DNA of 64,000 nucleotides from an uncultured Gemmatimonadales bacterium (GCA_963816355.1 CAWFKH010000003.1:576001-640000); one strand, 5' to 3'. Positions 1 to 10,424 are shown, counted from the stretch's first letter. Notes: generated by a model not told the origin, from the sequence alone. Numbers and translations: made by a program.

Positions 1-2227
1 GGCGGAGGTCGAGGAGGCCGCGGAGGAGGAAGCGGAGGAGGCCGAGGCGGAAGTCGAGGCGCCCGAAGCCGAGGCGGAGGCGGTAGAGGCCGCGAAGCCG
101 GCCGAGCCGGCCGCGCCGCGCGCGGAGACGCGGCGGCCGAAGCGGGTGGCGGACGTGATGCCCGCGCGGCCGGCGCCGGCGGCGAGCGCGGGCCCGGGCG
201 GGCAGGTGCGCATCCAGGCCGAGGGCTTCACGACGGACGGGCGGCGCAAGGCGAAGAAGGAGAAGCGGAAGAAGCGGCGGCAGCGCGTCGACCAGGATGC
301 GGTGCAGGAGAACGTCCAGCGCGTGATGGCCGAGATCAAGTCCGGCAGCGGGCGCAAGGGCGGAGGCCGGCGGCGCTCGCGGGCGGACGCGGCGGCAGTC
401 CGTGAGGAGCGCGAGGCGGAGAAGCAGCGCGTGGCGGCCGAGGAAGCGCAGACGGTGCGCGTGAACGAGTTCCTCACGGTCGCGGAGCTGGCGGACCTGA
501 TCGATCACAGCCCGACGGAGATCATCGGCAGCGCGTTCAAGAATCTCGGGCTGATGGTGACGATCAACCAGCGGCTCGACTTCGACCAGATCGAGCTGCT
601 GCTGGAGGAGTTCGGGTTCAGGGCGGTGCGCGAGACCGGCTACGCCGTCGGCCCGGAGGAGGAGCAAGAGGAGGAGCGGCCGGAGGATCTGGAGCCGCGC
701 TCGCCGATCGTCACGGTGATGGGCCACGTCGACCATGGCAAGACGTCGCTGCTCGACTACATCCGCAAGACGAACGTGATCGCGGGTGAGGCGGGCGGCA
801 TCACGCAGCACATCGGCGCCTACCACGTCACGCTGGACGACGGGCGCTCGCTGAGTTTCCTCGACACGCCGGGCCACGCGGCGTTCACGGCGATGCGCGC
901 GCGCGGCGCCGAGGTGACGGACCTGGTCATCCTGGTCGTCGCGGCGGACGACGCGGTGATGCCGCAGACGATCGAGGCGATCAGCCATGCGAAGAACGCG
1001 GGCGTGCCGCTCGTCGTCGCGATCAACAAGATCGACAAGCCGGGCGCGAACGCGGGCCGCGTGAAGCAGCAGCTCCTGGAGCACGAGGTGGTGGTCGAGG
1101 AGTTCGGCGGCAGCGTGCTCGACGCGGAGGTGAGCGCCAAGACCGGACAGGGCGTGGGCGACCTGCTCGACAAGGTGCTGCTGCAGTCGGACCTGCTGGA
1201 GCTCAAGGCGAATCCGAACCGGGAGGCGCAGGGCACCGTCATCGAGGCGCAGATCGACGTCGGCAAGGGTCCGCTCGCCACGGTGCTGGTGACGAACGGC
1301 ACCCTGCGCGTGGGCGACGCCTTCGTTTGCGGCCTCTACGAGGGCCGCGTGCGCGCGATGCTGGACGAGCGCGGCAACACGATCGAGGAGGCGGGTCCGG
1401 CGATCCCGGTCCAGATCCTCGGCATCTCGGGCGTGCCCCAGGCGGGCGACACGCTGGTGGCCATGGAAGCGGATCGCGCCGCGGAGATCGCGCAGTCGCG
1501 CCAGCGGCTGGAGCGCGAGAAGCAGCTCCGCATCAAGGGCCGCGGCGTGAAGCTGCAGGACATCAGCAGCATGCTCGCGGAGGGCGAGACGGCGCAGCTC
1601 AACCTGATCATCAAGGGCGACGTCGACGGCTCCGTGCAGGCGCTCTCTGACGCGCTCGAGCAGCTGTCGACCGGCGAGGTCCAGGTCGACGTCATCCACC
1701 GCGGGGTGGGCGCCATCAACGAGTCGGACGTTCTGCTCGCCTCCACGTCCGGCGCGATCGTGATCGGCTTCCACGTCCGGCCCGACGCCGGGGCGCGCAG
1801 CCTCGCGGCGCAGGAAGGGGTCGACATCCGCCTCTACAACATCATCTACGAGGCGGTCGAGGAGGTGCGCTCCGCGCTGGAGGGGCTGCTCGCGCCGGAG
1901 GAGCGGGAGGTGGTGCTCGGCGCCGCCGAGGTGCGTCAGCTCTTCAAGGTGCCGCGCACCGGCACCGTGGCCGGCTGCTACGTGACGGAGGGCGTGATCG
2001 ACCGCCGCGGCCGCGTCCGCGTGGTGCGCGACGGCGTGCAGATCTACGAGGGCCAGCTCGGCAGCCTGAAGCGCTTCAAGGACGACGTCCGCGAGGTGCG
2101 AGAGGGCTTCGAGTGCGGGCTCAACGTCGCCTCGTTCAACGACGTCAAGGTGGGCGACGTGATCGAGTGTTACCGCATCGAGGAGGTCGCGCGCACGCTC
2201 GCGAGCTCCGCGAGCGAGGGGGCGTAG
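1..2227 (+). CDS. infB: Translation initiation factor IF-2 (5' end lies outside the window)
   Basis: G-domain motifs GHVDHGKT, DTPGH, NKID; C-terminal SLKRFKDDVREV..GFECG; frame is open back to base 2 (acidic Ala/Glu-rich linker). Confidence 0.98.
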   Translation, partial: AEVEEAAEEEAEEAEAEVEAPEAEAEAVEAAKPAEPAAPRAETRRPKRVADVMPARPAPAASAGPGGQVRIQAEGFTTDGRRKAKKEKRKKRRQRVDQDAVQENVQRVMAEIKSGSGRKGGGRRRSRADAAAVREEREAEKQRVAAEEAQTVRVNEFLTVAELADLIDHSPTEIIGSAFKNLGLMVTINQRLDFDQIELLLEEFGFRAVRETGYAVGPEEEQEEERPEDLEPRSPIVTVMGHVDHGKTSLLDYIRKTNVIAGEAGGITQHIGAYHVTLDDGRSLSFLDTPGHAAFTAMRARGAEVTDLVILVVAADDAVMPQTIEAISHAKNAGVPLVVAINKIDKPGANAGRVKQQLLEHEVVVEEFGGSVLDAEVSAKTGQGVGDLLDKVLLQSDLLELKANPNREAQGTVIEAQIDVGKGPLATVLVTNGTLRVGDAFVCGLYEGRVRAMLDERGNTIEEAGPAIPVQILGISGVPQAGDTLVAMEADRAAEIAQSRQRLEREKQLRIKGRGVKLQDISSMLAEGETAQLNLIIKGDVDGSVQALSDALEQLSTGEVQVDVIHRGVGAINESDVLLASTSGAIVIGFHVRPDAGARSLAAQEGVDIRLYNIIYEAVEEVRSALEGLLAPEEREVVLGAAEVRQLFKVPRTGTVAGCYVTEGVIDRRGRVRVVRDGVQIYEGQLGSLKRFKDDVREVREGFECGLNVASFNDVKVGDVIECYRIEEVARTLASSASEGA

Positions 2228-2248
2228 CAGGCGCCCGGAGCGGCGGCG

Positions 2249-2530
2249 ATGGTGGTCGGCGTGATCGGCTGGCAGCTCGAGATCTTCGGCTGCCAGTCGC
2301 TGAAGGAGAAGCGGCGCGTGGTGCGCAGCCTGAAGGACCGGCTGCAGAGCCGCTTCAAGATCTCCGTCGCCGAGACCGCCTACCAGGACCTGTGGCAGCG
2401 CGCCGAGCTGACCGCCTGCGTCGTCGCGGGCGAGCGCCGGCACGCGGACTCCGTGCTCGAGAGCGCGGACCGGCTGGTGGCGGGCGAGCACCGCGCTCGC
2501 GTGATCGAGAGTTATCGGCGTTTCGTCTGA
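2249..2530 (+). CDS. DUF503 (YlxP-like) protein
   Basis: SLKEKRRVVRSLKDRL..F.ISVAE...QDLWQRAEL signature; usual position between infB and rbfA. Confidence 0.9.
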   Translation: MVVGVIGWQLEIFGCQSLKEKRRVVRSLKDRLQSRFKISVAETAYQDLWQRAELTACVVAGERRHADSVLESADRLVAGEHRARVIESYRRFV

Positions 2531-2587
2531 GCCGAGGCGGCGGCGTCCACCGGATCGCCGCCGCTTCCGTTTTCGAGCAGGGGCCGC

Positions 2588-2950
2588 ATGAGCCGACGCA
2601 GAATTGAGCGGGTCAACGAGCAGCTCAAGCGCGAGATTTCCTCCATCCTGCGTGACGACGTGCGCGATCCCCGGGTCGGCCAGCCCACCGTCACGGCGGT
2701 CGAGGCGGCGCCGGACCTGTCGTGGGCGCGCGTCTTCCTCAACGTGATGGGCGACGACGACGCCAAGGCCGCGACGCTCGAGGGTGCGCGCGCGGCCGCG
2801 TCGTTCGTGCGCAGCGAGCTGGCGCGCCGCATGAGCGTGCGGCGCGTCCCGGAGCTGGACTTCGTGCTCGACCGCAGTCTGGAGCACGCGCTGCGCATCG
2901 AGCGCCTCCTCGAGGAGGTGCTGCCGCCGGAGGACGATGACGCCTCCTGA
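2588..2950 (+). CDS. rbfA: Ribosome-binding factor A
   Basis: RIERVNEQLKREIS, DPRV, DLS.A.V, RRVPEL.F..D.S motifs; synteny. Confidence 0.96.
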   Translation: MSRRRIERVNEQLKREISSILRDDVRDPRVGQPTVTAVEAAPDLSWARVFLNVMGDDDAKAATLEGARAAASFVRSELARRMSVRRVPELDFVLDRSLEHALRIERLLEEVLPPEDDDAS

Positions 2951-3905
2951 GCCGGTCGAGCGGACGGCGCTCGGCGGCGTGCTGCGCGTGGACAAGCGGC
3001 CCGGCCCGACGTCGCACGACGTGGTCGCCGCCGCGCGCCGCGCGCTCGGCACGCGCCGCATCGGCCACACCGGCACGCTCGACCCGTTCGCTTCCGGGCT
3101 GCTGCTGCTCTGCGTCGGTCGAACCACCCGCCTGGCCGAATACCTCTCCGCCCTGCCGAAGCGCTACGGCGCCGTGCTCCGCCTCGGCGAGCGCACCGAC
3201 ACCGACGACCGGACCGGCACCGTGGTCGAGCGTTGCGAGACGTGGCGGGAGCGGGGCGAGGCCGAGATCCGGGGCGCGCTGCTCGGCCAGGTCGGGCGGC
3301 GGCAGCAGACGCCGCCGGCGTTCTCCGCCAAGAAGGTGGCAGGCGAGCGCCTCTACGCTCGCGCCCGCCGCGGCGAGCCCGTCGCGCCGGCACCGGTGGA
3401 GGTGGACGTGATGCGGATCGTCGTCCGCTCGATCGAGCCGCCGCGCGTCGGTTTCGACGTGCTCTGTTCCAGCGGCACGTACGTGCGCGCGATCGCCCGC
3501 GACGTGGGAATCGCGCTCGGCACCGGCGCGCACCTCGAGGAGCTGCGCCGCACCGCGATCGGACCGATCACGCTCGACCACGCCGTGGCCTCCGACGCGC
3601 TCGACGACGCGCAGGCACGCGCGCCGGCGTGGCTCTCGCCGCTTGACGCGCTCCGCCACCTCGACCGCGTCGACGTCGGCGACGACGACGCGGCCGCGAT
3701 CGCCGCCGGCCGCGCGATCGCGGTGCCGGCCGTTCTCGCCGGCAGCGACGACGGCCTGGAAGCAGGCTCCCGTGCCGGCGGCGGCGCCGTGACGCCCGCC
3801 GCAGCGGGCGAAACGGTCGTGATCGCGCACGCGGGTGGTCTGATCGCGGTCGGCGAACGGGGCGACGGGCGCGTGCGGCCGCGCAAGGTGCTCGTCGATG
3901 CCTGA
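2937..3905 (+). CDS. truB: tRNA pseudouridine(55) synthase
   Basis: DKRPGPTSHDVV, GHTGTLDPFASGLL, PPAFSAKKVAG, CSSGTYVRA. Confidence 0.97.
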   Translation: MTPPEPVERTALGGVLRVDKRPGPTSHDVVAAARRALGTRRIGHTGTLDPFASGLLLLCVGRTTRLAEYLSALPKRYGAVLRLGERTDTDDRTGTVVERCETWRERGEAEIRGALLGQVGRRQQTPPAFSAKKVAGERLYARARRGEPVAPAPVEVDVMRIVVRSIEPPRVGFDVLCSSGTYVRAIARDVGIALGTGAHLEELRRTAIGPITLDHAVASDALDDAQARAPAWLSPLDALRHLDRVDVGDDDAAAIAAGRAIAVPAVLAGSDDGLEAGSRAGGGAVTPAAAGETVVIAHAGGLIAVGERGDGRVRPRKVLVDA

Positions 3906-4836
3906 AGCAGGCGACGGCGCGCTCGTCCCGGCGGGCGAGCGCGGCACCGTCGTCACGGTCGGGACGTTCGACGGCGTGCACCGCGGCCACTGGGAGGTCC
4001 TCCAGCAGCTCCGCCGTCACGCCGTCGCCGAGAACCGCAGGAGCGTGCTCGTCACCTTCCACCCGCACCCGCTGCGCATCGTGCGGCCGGAGGCGGCGCC
4101 GCCGCTCCTCACCACGCCGGACGAGAAGAAGGAGATCCTGGCCGAGTCCGGCGTCGACTACGCCGTCTTCCTCTCCTTCACGCGGGCGCTCTCCAACTAT
4201 TCGCCGCGCCGCTTCGTCGAGGAGATCCTCGTGCGGCGCCTGCACCTGCGGCATCTCGTGATCGGCTACGACCACGGCTTCGGCAAGGGGCGCTCGGGGG
4301 ACGTGGACACGCTGCGGCGGATCGGCGCGGAGCTCGCTTTCCGGGTCGACGTCGTGCCGCCGGTCGACGCGAACGGCTCGCACCCGATCTCCTCCAGCGC
4401 CATCCGCGCGGCGCTGCGCAGCGGCGACGTGGCCGCCGCCGCGCGGGGTCTGGGCCGGCCGTACGCGCTGCGCGGCGTCGTCGTGCGCGGCGAGGGCCGC
4501 GGCCACTCGCTCGGCTTCCCGACCGCGAACATCCGGCCCGATCACGAGGACAAGCTGCTCCCCCTCGAGGGCGTCTACGCCGCGCGCGGCGTCGTCCGCA
4601 CGCGCGTCGTCGACGGCGTGCTCCACCTCGGTCCCCGGCCCACCTTCCGTGGCTCCCCGCCCACGATCGAGCTCCACCTCTTCGACTTCGACGAAGACCT
4701 CTACGGCGAGACCGTCCGCGTCGACTTCTGCCGCCGCATCCGCCCCATCCACCCCTTCGCCACGGTGGAGGGCCTGGTCGCCGCGATCCGCGACGACTGC
4801 GATGCCGCGCGCCAGATCCTGGCCGGAGGCTGCTGA
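3898..4836 (+). CDS. ribF: Bifunctional riboflavin kinase/FAD synthetase
   Basis: GTFDGVHRGH, GYDHGFG, ISSSAIR, GFPTAN, E.HLFDF..DLYG. Confidence 0.97.
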   Translation: MPEAGDGALVPAGERGTVVTVGTFDGVHRGHWEVLQQLRRHAVAENRRSVLVTFHPHPLRIVRPEAAPPLLTTPDEKKEILAESGVDYAVFLSFTRALSNYSPRRFVEEILVRRLHLRHLVIGYDHGFGKGRSGDVDTLRRIGAELAFRVDVVPPVDANGSHPISSSAIRAALRSGDVAAAARGLGRPYALRGVVVRGEGRGHSLGFPTANIRPDHEDKLLPLEGVYAARGVVRTRVVDGVLHLGPRPTFRGSPPTIELHLFDFDEDLYGETVRVDFCRRIRPIHPFATVEGLVAAIRDDCDAARQILAGGC

Positions 4837-4894
4837 TCCCGTCCGGTCGGCGCCAAGGCCCGCGGCGCTCGAGCTGGCACGCGATCTCCTTGCC

Positions 4895-4923
4895 TTGTTC
4901 CGCCCCCGATCTTTCGCTACCAT
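4895..4923 (+). promoter_or_regulatory. Putative sigma70 promoter of rpsO-pnp
   Basis: TTGTTC (4895-4900), 17 nt spacer, TACCAT (4918-4923) in an AT-richer intergenic patch. Confidence 0.55.
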
Positions 4924-4929
4924 TCTGGG

Positions 4930-5003
4930 TTGTGAAAATTCGGGAGGGCCCCTGGCGTCGGGCCCTCGCTTCCCGACCAGCGTAGACTCTCGCGGAGGCA
5001 GCC
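4930..5003 (+). promoter_or_regulatory. Structured rpsO 5' leader, candidate S15 autoregulatory element
   Basis: Stem GAGGGCCC/GGGCCCTC with outer TCGGGA/TCCCGA; loop CTGG is complementary to downstream CCAG. Confidence 0.45.
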
Positions 5004-5264
5004 GTGCTGACGGACAAAGACGGGATCATCGAGAAGTACCAGCTCCATCCCACCGATCGGGGCAGTGCACCGGTTCAGGTCGCGCTGCTCACCGCGCGCA
5101 TCAACGAGCTCACGGACCATTTCCGAACCCATCCGAAGGATCATCACAGCCGTCGTGGGCTGCTGAAGATGGTGGGGAAGCGGCGCCGGCTGCTCGAGTA
5201 CCTGAAGCGCACGGACCTGGTGCGTTACCGTTCGCTGATCGAGGACCTGGGGCTGCGCCATTAG
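5004..5264 (+). CDS. rpsO: 30S ribosomal protein S15
   Basis: D.GS..VQVALLT.RI..LT.H...[31 protein letters not shown] before GTG. Confidence 0.98.
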   Translation: MLTDKDGIIEKYQLHPTDRGSAPVQVALLTARINELTDHFRTHPKDHHSRRGLLKMVGKRRRLLEYLKRTDLVRYRSLIEDLGLRH

Positions 5265-5271
5265 GAGGGGA

Positions 5272-5301
5272 CGGGACGCGTCCGCGGTCGGCCGCGTCCC
5301 G
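5272..5301 (+). terminator. Hairpin between rpsO and pnp (terminator or processing stem)
   Basis: CGGGACGCG / CGCGTCCCG inverted repeat; no clear U-tract. Confidence 0.35.
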
Positions 5302-5397
5302 GCGGCAGGATTTCGCGGAAGGCGCTGCGGAACGGCGTGAAGCGGTGAAGCGGCAGAGACGAATCGACATTGGCTGTCCAGAAAGGACACACGGAAG

Positions 5398-7482
5398 ATG
5401 AAGCGAGTGGAGAGGACCTTCGCCGGTCGCCCCCTGGTGATCGAGACGGGGCGGGTGGCGCGGCAGGCGCACGGGTCGTGTACCATCCAGTTCGGCGAGA
5501 CGATGGTGCTGTGCACGGCGACGGCGCGGGACGAGCGGACGCACCTGCCGTTCTTCCCGCTGACGGTGGAATACCGTGAGAAGACCTACGCGGCGGGGAA
5601 GATTCCGGGCGGCTTCATCAAGCGCGAGGGCCGGCCGGGAGAGAACGAGGTGCTGTCGGCACGGCAGATCGACCGTCCGATCCGGCCCCTCTTCCCGGAC
5701 GGGTTCCAGAACGAGACGCAGGTCTTCGTCAACGTGATCTCGGCGGACCAGGAGAACAACGCGGACGTGCTGGGGATCCTGGGCGCTTCGCTCTCGCTGA
5801 GCATGTCGAAGATCCCGTTCAGCGGACCGATCGCGGGCGTGCGCGTGGGCCGCATCCAGGGGCAGTGGGTGCTGAACCCGACGTTTCAGCAGCTCGAGTT
5901 CAGCGACGTCGACGTGGTGGTCGCGGGAAGCGACAGCGCGATCATGATGGTGGAGGGCGGCGCGGTCGAGATCTCGGAGGCCGACATGGCCGAGGCGCTG
6001 CTGGTGGCGCACGAGGGCATCAAGGAGCTGGTCGCGATCCAGAACGAGATGCTCCGTGACATCTCGGTGCCCAAGATGTCGTGGGAAGGGCTGCCGATCC
6101 CGGACGCGGTCCGCTCGCGGGTGGAGGAACTGGCGGGAAGCCGCGTCGCCGAGGCGCTCAACCTGACGGACAAGATGGAGCGCAACCAGGCGCTCGCCGC
6201 GCTGCGCGAGGACGTCTCCGGTCAGCTCGCCGAGGAGTTCCCCGAGGAGGGGACGGCGATCAAGGAGGTGCTCTACCAGATCGAGAAGCGCGCGATGCGC
6301 CGCCAGATCCTGGAACGTGGCGAGCGGATCGACGGCCGCCAGCTGGACGAGATCCGCAAGATCACCTGTGAGACCGGCGTGCTGCCGCGCGCCCACGGCT
6401 CGGCGCTCTTCACCCGAGGACAGACGCAGTCGCTCGCGGTCGTCACGCTCGGTACTCCGTCCGACGAGCAGCGCATCGACACGATCGACGTGGCGCAGGA
6501 GACGTCGAAGTCCTTCATGCTGCACTACAACATGCCGCCGTTCGCGGTGGGCGAGGTGCGGCCGATCCGCGGCGTCTCCCGGCGCGAGCAGGGACACGGC
6601 GCCCTCGCGGAGCGCGCGATCCAGCCGCTGTTGCCGCCCTACGAGGACTTTCCCTACACGATCCGCATCGTCTCCGACATCCTGGAGTCCAACGGCAGCA
6701 GCTCGATGGCATCCGTCTGCGGCGCCTCGCTCTCGTTGATGGATGCCGCCGTGCCGATCCGCACCTCCTGCGCCGGCGTCGCCATGGGGCTGATCAAGGA
6801 AGGGGATCAGGTCGCCGTCCTGACGGACATCCTCGGCATCGAGGACGGCTTCGGCGACATGGACTTCAAGGTGGCGGGCACGCGCAAGGGGATCACCTCG
6901 ATCCAGATGGACATCAAGATCGAGGGGCTGACGGTCGACATCATGCGCACCGCGCTCGAGCGCGCGCACACCGGCCGCATGCACATCCTCGACATCATGG
7001 ACGCGACGCTCGCCGAGCCGCGCACGGAGCTGTCGCAGTACGCGCCGCGCATCATCACGATCCAGATCAATCCGGAGAAGATCGGCGAGGTGATCGGGCC
7101 GAAGGGGAAGACGATCCGCGCGATCCAGGAGCAGACCGGCTCCGAGATCAACATCGAGGACAGCGGCGTCGTCACCATCTCGAGTCCGGGCGGCGTGGGC
7201 GGCGAGAAGGCGCGCGAGATGATCGCGGCGATCGTCGAGGAGCCGGAGATCGGCCGCGTCTACGATGGCGTCGTGAAGAACACGACGACGTTCGGCGCTT
7301 TCGTCGAGATCCTGCCCGGCGTCGAGGGCCTCGTGCACATCTCGGAGCTCCAGGAGGGCCGCACGGAGAAGACCGAGGACGTGCTCAAGAAGGGCGACAT
7401 GACGAGCGTCAAGCTGTTGTCGATCGACGAGAAGGGTCGGCTGCGACTCTCCCGCAAGGCGGCGCTCGAGGCCGAGGCGTAG
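5398..7482 (+). CDS. pnp: Polyribonucleotide nucleotidyltransferase
   Basis: FFPLTVEYREK.YAAGKIPGGFIKREGRP, RIDGR, ESNGSSSMASVC, GDMDFKVAGT, KH and S1 domains. Confidence 0.99.
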   Translation: MKRVERTFAGRPLVIETGRVARQAHGSCTIQFGETMVLCTATARDERTHLPFFPLTVEYREKTYAAGKIPGGFIKREGRPGENEVLSARQIDRPIRPLFPDGFQNETQVFVNVISADQENNADVLGILGASLSLSMSKIPFSGPIAGVRVGRIQGQWVLNPTFQQLEFSDVDVVVAGSDSAIMMVEGGAVEISEADMAEALLVAHEGIKELVAIQNEMLRDISVPKMSWEGLPIPDAVRSRVEELAGSRVAEALNLTDKMERNQALAALREDVSGQLAEEFPEEGTAIKEVLYQIEKRAMRRQILERGERIDGRQLDEIRKITCETGVLPRAHGSALFTRGQTQSLAVVTLGTPSDEQRIDTIDVAQETSKSFMLHYNMPPFAVGEVRPIRGVSRREQGHGALAERAIQPLLPPYEDFPYTIRIVSDILESNGSSSMASVCGASLSLMDAAVPIRTSCAGVAMGLIKEGDQVAVLTDILGIEDGFGDMDFKVAGTRKGITSIQMDIKIEGLTVDIMRTALERAHTGRMHILDIMDATLAEPRTELSQYAPRIITIQINPEKIGEVIGPKGKTIRAIQEQTGSEINIEDSGVVTISSPGGVGGEKAREMIAAIVEEPEIGRVYDGVVKNTTTFGAFVEILPGVEGLVHISELQEGRTEKTEDVLKKGDMTSVKLLSIDEKGRLRLSRKAALEAEA

Positions 7483-7493
7483 GTCCCTCCTCC

Positions 7494-8735
7494 GTGGTCG
7501 ACGCCGACCGCTTCGCGCAGGAGAAGCTCGAAGGAGGGCTTCTCGTCCTGACGGAGGAGATGCCGTGGGTCCGCTCGTGCGGCGTCGGCATCTGGGTGCG
7601 CTGGGGCTCGGCACATGAGACGAGCGCCGAGATGGGCGTCAGCCATCTGCTCGAGCACATGGTCTTCAAGGGGACGCCCCGACGGAGCGCCCGCGCCATC
7701 GCGCTCGAGCTCGAGCGCCTGGGCGGCACGCTGGACGCCTACACGACGCGCGAGCACACGAGCTTCCAGGCCCGCGTCCTGGACGAGCACGTGGGCGAGG
7801 CACTGGACGTCCTGGCCGACATGGTTCTGTCGCCGCTGCTGCGGCCCGAGGACCTGGATCTCGAGCGGGAAGTCGTGCTCGAGGAGATCGCGACGGTGGA
7901 GGACACCCCCGACGACCTCGTCTTCGAGCTTCACGCCTCGGCGCTCTGGGACAACCACCCCTACGGCTACACGATCCTCGGCACGCGTGATACCGTGTCC
8001 GCGCTGCGCGTCGAGGATCTGCGCCGCGTGCACGACGCCGCCTACCGCCGGCCCAACCTCGTGGTCGCGGCGGCGGGCAACCTCCGTCACGAGCAGGTGG
8101 TCGAGCACGCGCGCTCCCTCTTCGGCGGCGCCGGGACGGGCGCGCCGGTCGCGCCGCTGCCGGTGCCGCGCACGCAGCCGCCGCGGGTCGAGCGGATCGT
8201 GCGCGAGGGCTCGCAGACGCACCTCGTCTTCGGCAGGGGCACGTTCGGCCACGGCGATCCTCGCCGCTACGCGCTCGTCCTCCTCTCGAACGCGTTCGGC
8301 GGCGGCATGAGCTCGCGGCTCTTCCAGCGCGTGCGGGAGGAGCTGGGCCTCGCCTACGCGGTCTACTCGTATCAGACCTTCTACGAACACGCGGGCATCT
8401 TCGGCGTCTACGTGGGCACGCGGCCGGAATGGGCCGATCGCGCGGAGGAGACGGTGCGTGCCGAGCTGGCGCGCGCGGCGGCGGAGGGGCTGAGTGCCGA
8501 GGAGCTGGACGACGTGAAGGGGCAGGTGAAGGGCCAGCTCGTGCTGTCGCTCGAGTCCAGCGGCGCACGGCTGCACAGGCTCGCGGGCGTGGCGCTTTAC
8601 GACGAGCCGTTCCTCACGCTCGACGAGCTGGTCGCGCGCGTCGACGCGGTCACGCTCGACGAAATCGCCGCGCTCGCGGCGGAGTACCTCGACCCGGACC
8701 GGCAGGTCGTGCTGCGTCTCGGTCCGGAAGTGTGA
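7494..8735 (+). CDS. M16 (pitrilysin) family zinc peptidase
   Basis: Inverted zinc motif HLLEHMVFKGT, GGGMSSRLFQ.VRE..GLAY; common pnp neighbour. Confidence 0.93.
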   Translation: MVDADRFAQEKLEGGLLVLTEEMPWVRSCGVGIWVRWGSAHETSAEMGVSHLLEHMVFKGTPRRSARAIALELERLGGTLDAYTTREHTSFQARVLDEHVGEALDVLADMVLSPLLRPEDLDLEREVVLEEIATVEDTPDDLVFELHASALWDNHPYGYTILGTRDTVSALRVEDLRRVHDAAYRRPNLVVAAAGNLRHEQVVEHARSLFGGAGTGAPVAPLPVPRTQPPRVERIVREGSQTHLVFGRGTFGHGDPRRYALVLLSNAFGGGMSSRLFQRVREELGLAYAVYSYQTFYEHAGIFGVYVGTRPEWADRAEETVRAELARAAAEGLSAEELDDVKGQVKGQLVLSLESSGARLHRLAGVALYDEPFLTLDELVARVDAVTLDEIAALAAEYLDPDRQVVLRLGPEV

Positions 8736-8763
8736 AGACGAACATCCACCAGGCGAGAGAGCC

Positions 8764-9876
8764 ATGATCATCGGCGTTCCGAGAGAGATCAAGTCGAACG
8801 AGAACCGGGTGGCGCTCGTGCCGGCCGGCGCGGAGGCGCTCGTTCAGGCAGGACATACGGTGCTTGTCGAGAAGGATGCGGGCAGCGGCAGCGGTTTCAC
8901 GGACGACGCCTACACCGCCGTCGGCGCGGAGATCGTCCCCGGCGCGGACGGCGTCTGGCAGCGCGCCGAGATGATCATGAAGGTGAAGGAGCCGATCGAG
9001 GTGGAGTGGCCGCGCATGCGCGACGGCCAGGTCATCTTCACGTACTTCCACTTCGCGGCGTCGGAGCCGCTGACGCGTGCCGTGATGGCATCGAACGCCG
9101 TCGCCGTCGCGTACGAGACGGTGCAGCTGCCGAACGGCGAGCTGCCGCTGCTGACGCCCATGAGCGAGGTGGCGGGCCGCATGGCGGTGCAGGAGGGCGC
9201 GAAATACCTGGAGCGCTTCTTCGGCGGCCGCGGCATACTGCTGGGCGGTGTCCCCGGCGTGGAGCCGGGCACGGTCGTCGTGCTCGGCGGGGGCATCGTC
9301 GGCTCGAACGCGGCGCGCATGGCGGCCGGCCTCGGCGCGCACGTCGTCATCCTGGACCTGTCGCTGAACCGCCTGCGCTATCTCTCGGAGGTGATGCCGG
9401 CGAACGTGACGCCGCTCTACTCGAACCGCCACAACATCCTCGAGCAGCTCGAGCGGGCGGACCTGCTCGTCGGCGCGGTGCTGCTGCCGGGAGCGAAGGC
9501 GCCGCACCTGGTGCGCCGGGCCGACCTCGCGCTCATGAAGGAGGGATCGGTGATCGTGGACGTCGCCGTGGACCAGGGCGGCTGCGTCGAGACGATCCAC
9601 CCGACCACGCACGACGATCCGATCTACGTCGTGGACGGCGTGATCCACTACGGCGTGGCGAACATGCCGGGCGGCGTGCCGCGCACGTCGACGCTGGCGC
9701 TGACGAACGCCACCTTCCTCTACGCCCTGGCGCTCGCCAACCACGGCTGGAAGGCGGCGTGTCGGGCGGACCGGGCGCTCGCGCTCGGCGTGAACGTCGT
9801 GGGCGGCCGGGTCACGTATCCGGGCGTAGCGGAGGCGTTCGGCCTCGATCACACGCCGGTCGACCAGGTCCTCTGA
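8764..9876 (+). CDS. ald: Alanine dehydrogenase
   Basis: [47 protein letters not shown]. Confidence 0.97.
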   Translation: MIIGVPREIKSNENRVALVPAGAEALVQAGHTVLVEKDAGSGSGFTDDAYTAVGAEIVPGADGVWQRAEMIMKVKEPIEVEWPRMRDGQVIFTYFHFAASEPLTRAVMASNAVAVAYETVQLPNGELPLLTPMSEVAGRMAVQEGAKYLERFFGGRGILLGGVPGVEPGTVVVLGGGIVGSNAARMAAGLGAHVVILDLSLNRLRYLSEVMPANVTPLYSNRHNILEQLERADLLVGAVLLPGAKAPHLVRRADLALMKEGSVIVDVAVDQGGCVETIHPTTHDDPIYVVDGVIHYGVANMPGGVPRTSTLALTNATFLYALALANHGWKAACRADRALALGVNVVGGRVTYPGVAEAFGLDHTPVDQVL

Positions 9877-9890
9877 GCCGCGCGAGCTCC

Positions 9891-10340
9891 ATGGAGGCGA
9901 TCCCGATCCCGATCCGGCGGCTGGCGAACTTCCCGGAAGGCTGGCCGCTTCCGGCGTACGCCACGCCCGGCTCCGTCGCCGTCGACCTGCGCAACGCGGG
10001 TCCGCCCCTCACGCTGCCGCCGCTCGGCCGCGCTCTGGTGCCGACGGGGTTGGCGATCGCGCTCCCGGACGGCTTCGAGGCGCAGGTGCGGCCCCGTTCC
10101 GGCCTGGCGATCCAGCGCGGCATCGGCATCCTGAACGCGCCGGGCACGATCGACAGCGACTACCGCGGCGAGATCCGGGTCCCGCTCGTCAACTTCGACG
10201 CGGAGCCGCAGCAGATCGAGCACGGAGAGCGGATGGCGCAACTCCTGGTGGCGCCGGTGGTGCGCGTATCGTGGCGTGAAGTGGAGGCACTGCCGGAGTC
10301 ACAGCGGGGGACCGGCGGCTTCGGCAGCACGGGCCGTTGA
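9891..10340 (+). CDS. dut: dUTP diphosphatase
   Basis: [34 protein letters not shown] at 9891 lies inside the longer 9006 ORF. Confidence 0.95.
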   Translation: MEAIPIPIRRLANFPEGWPLPAYATPGSVAVDLRNAGPPLTLPPLGRALVPTGLAIALPDGFEAQVRPRSGLAIQRGIGILNAPGTIDSDYRGEIRVPLVNFDAEPQQIEHGERMAQLLVAPVVRVSWREVEALPESQRGTGGFGSTGR

Positions 10341-10394
10341 TGCCGCTGCCCATCGTAAGTGACGCCGCATGCGGCATTTCGGGGCGCGACGGGC

Positions 10395-10424
10395 TTGCCG
10401 CCGGTCGCGCGCGGGGTGTAGCTT
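10395..10424 (+). promoter_or_regulatory. Putative sigma70 promoter of the mre operon
   Basis: TTGCCG (10395-10400), 18 nt spacer, TAGCTT (10419-10424). Confidence 0.45.

Noticed and set aside
9006..10340. 444-aa ORF as an extended dUTPase
   Set aside because: Shadow frame of ald; the real start is 9891
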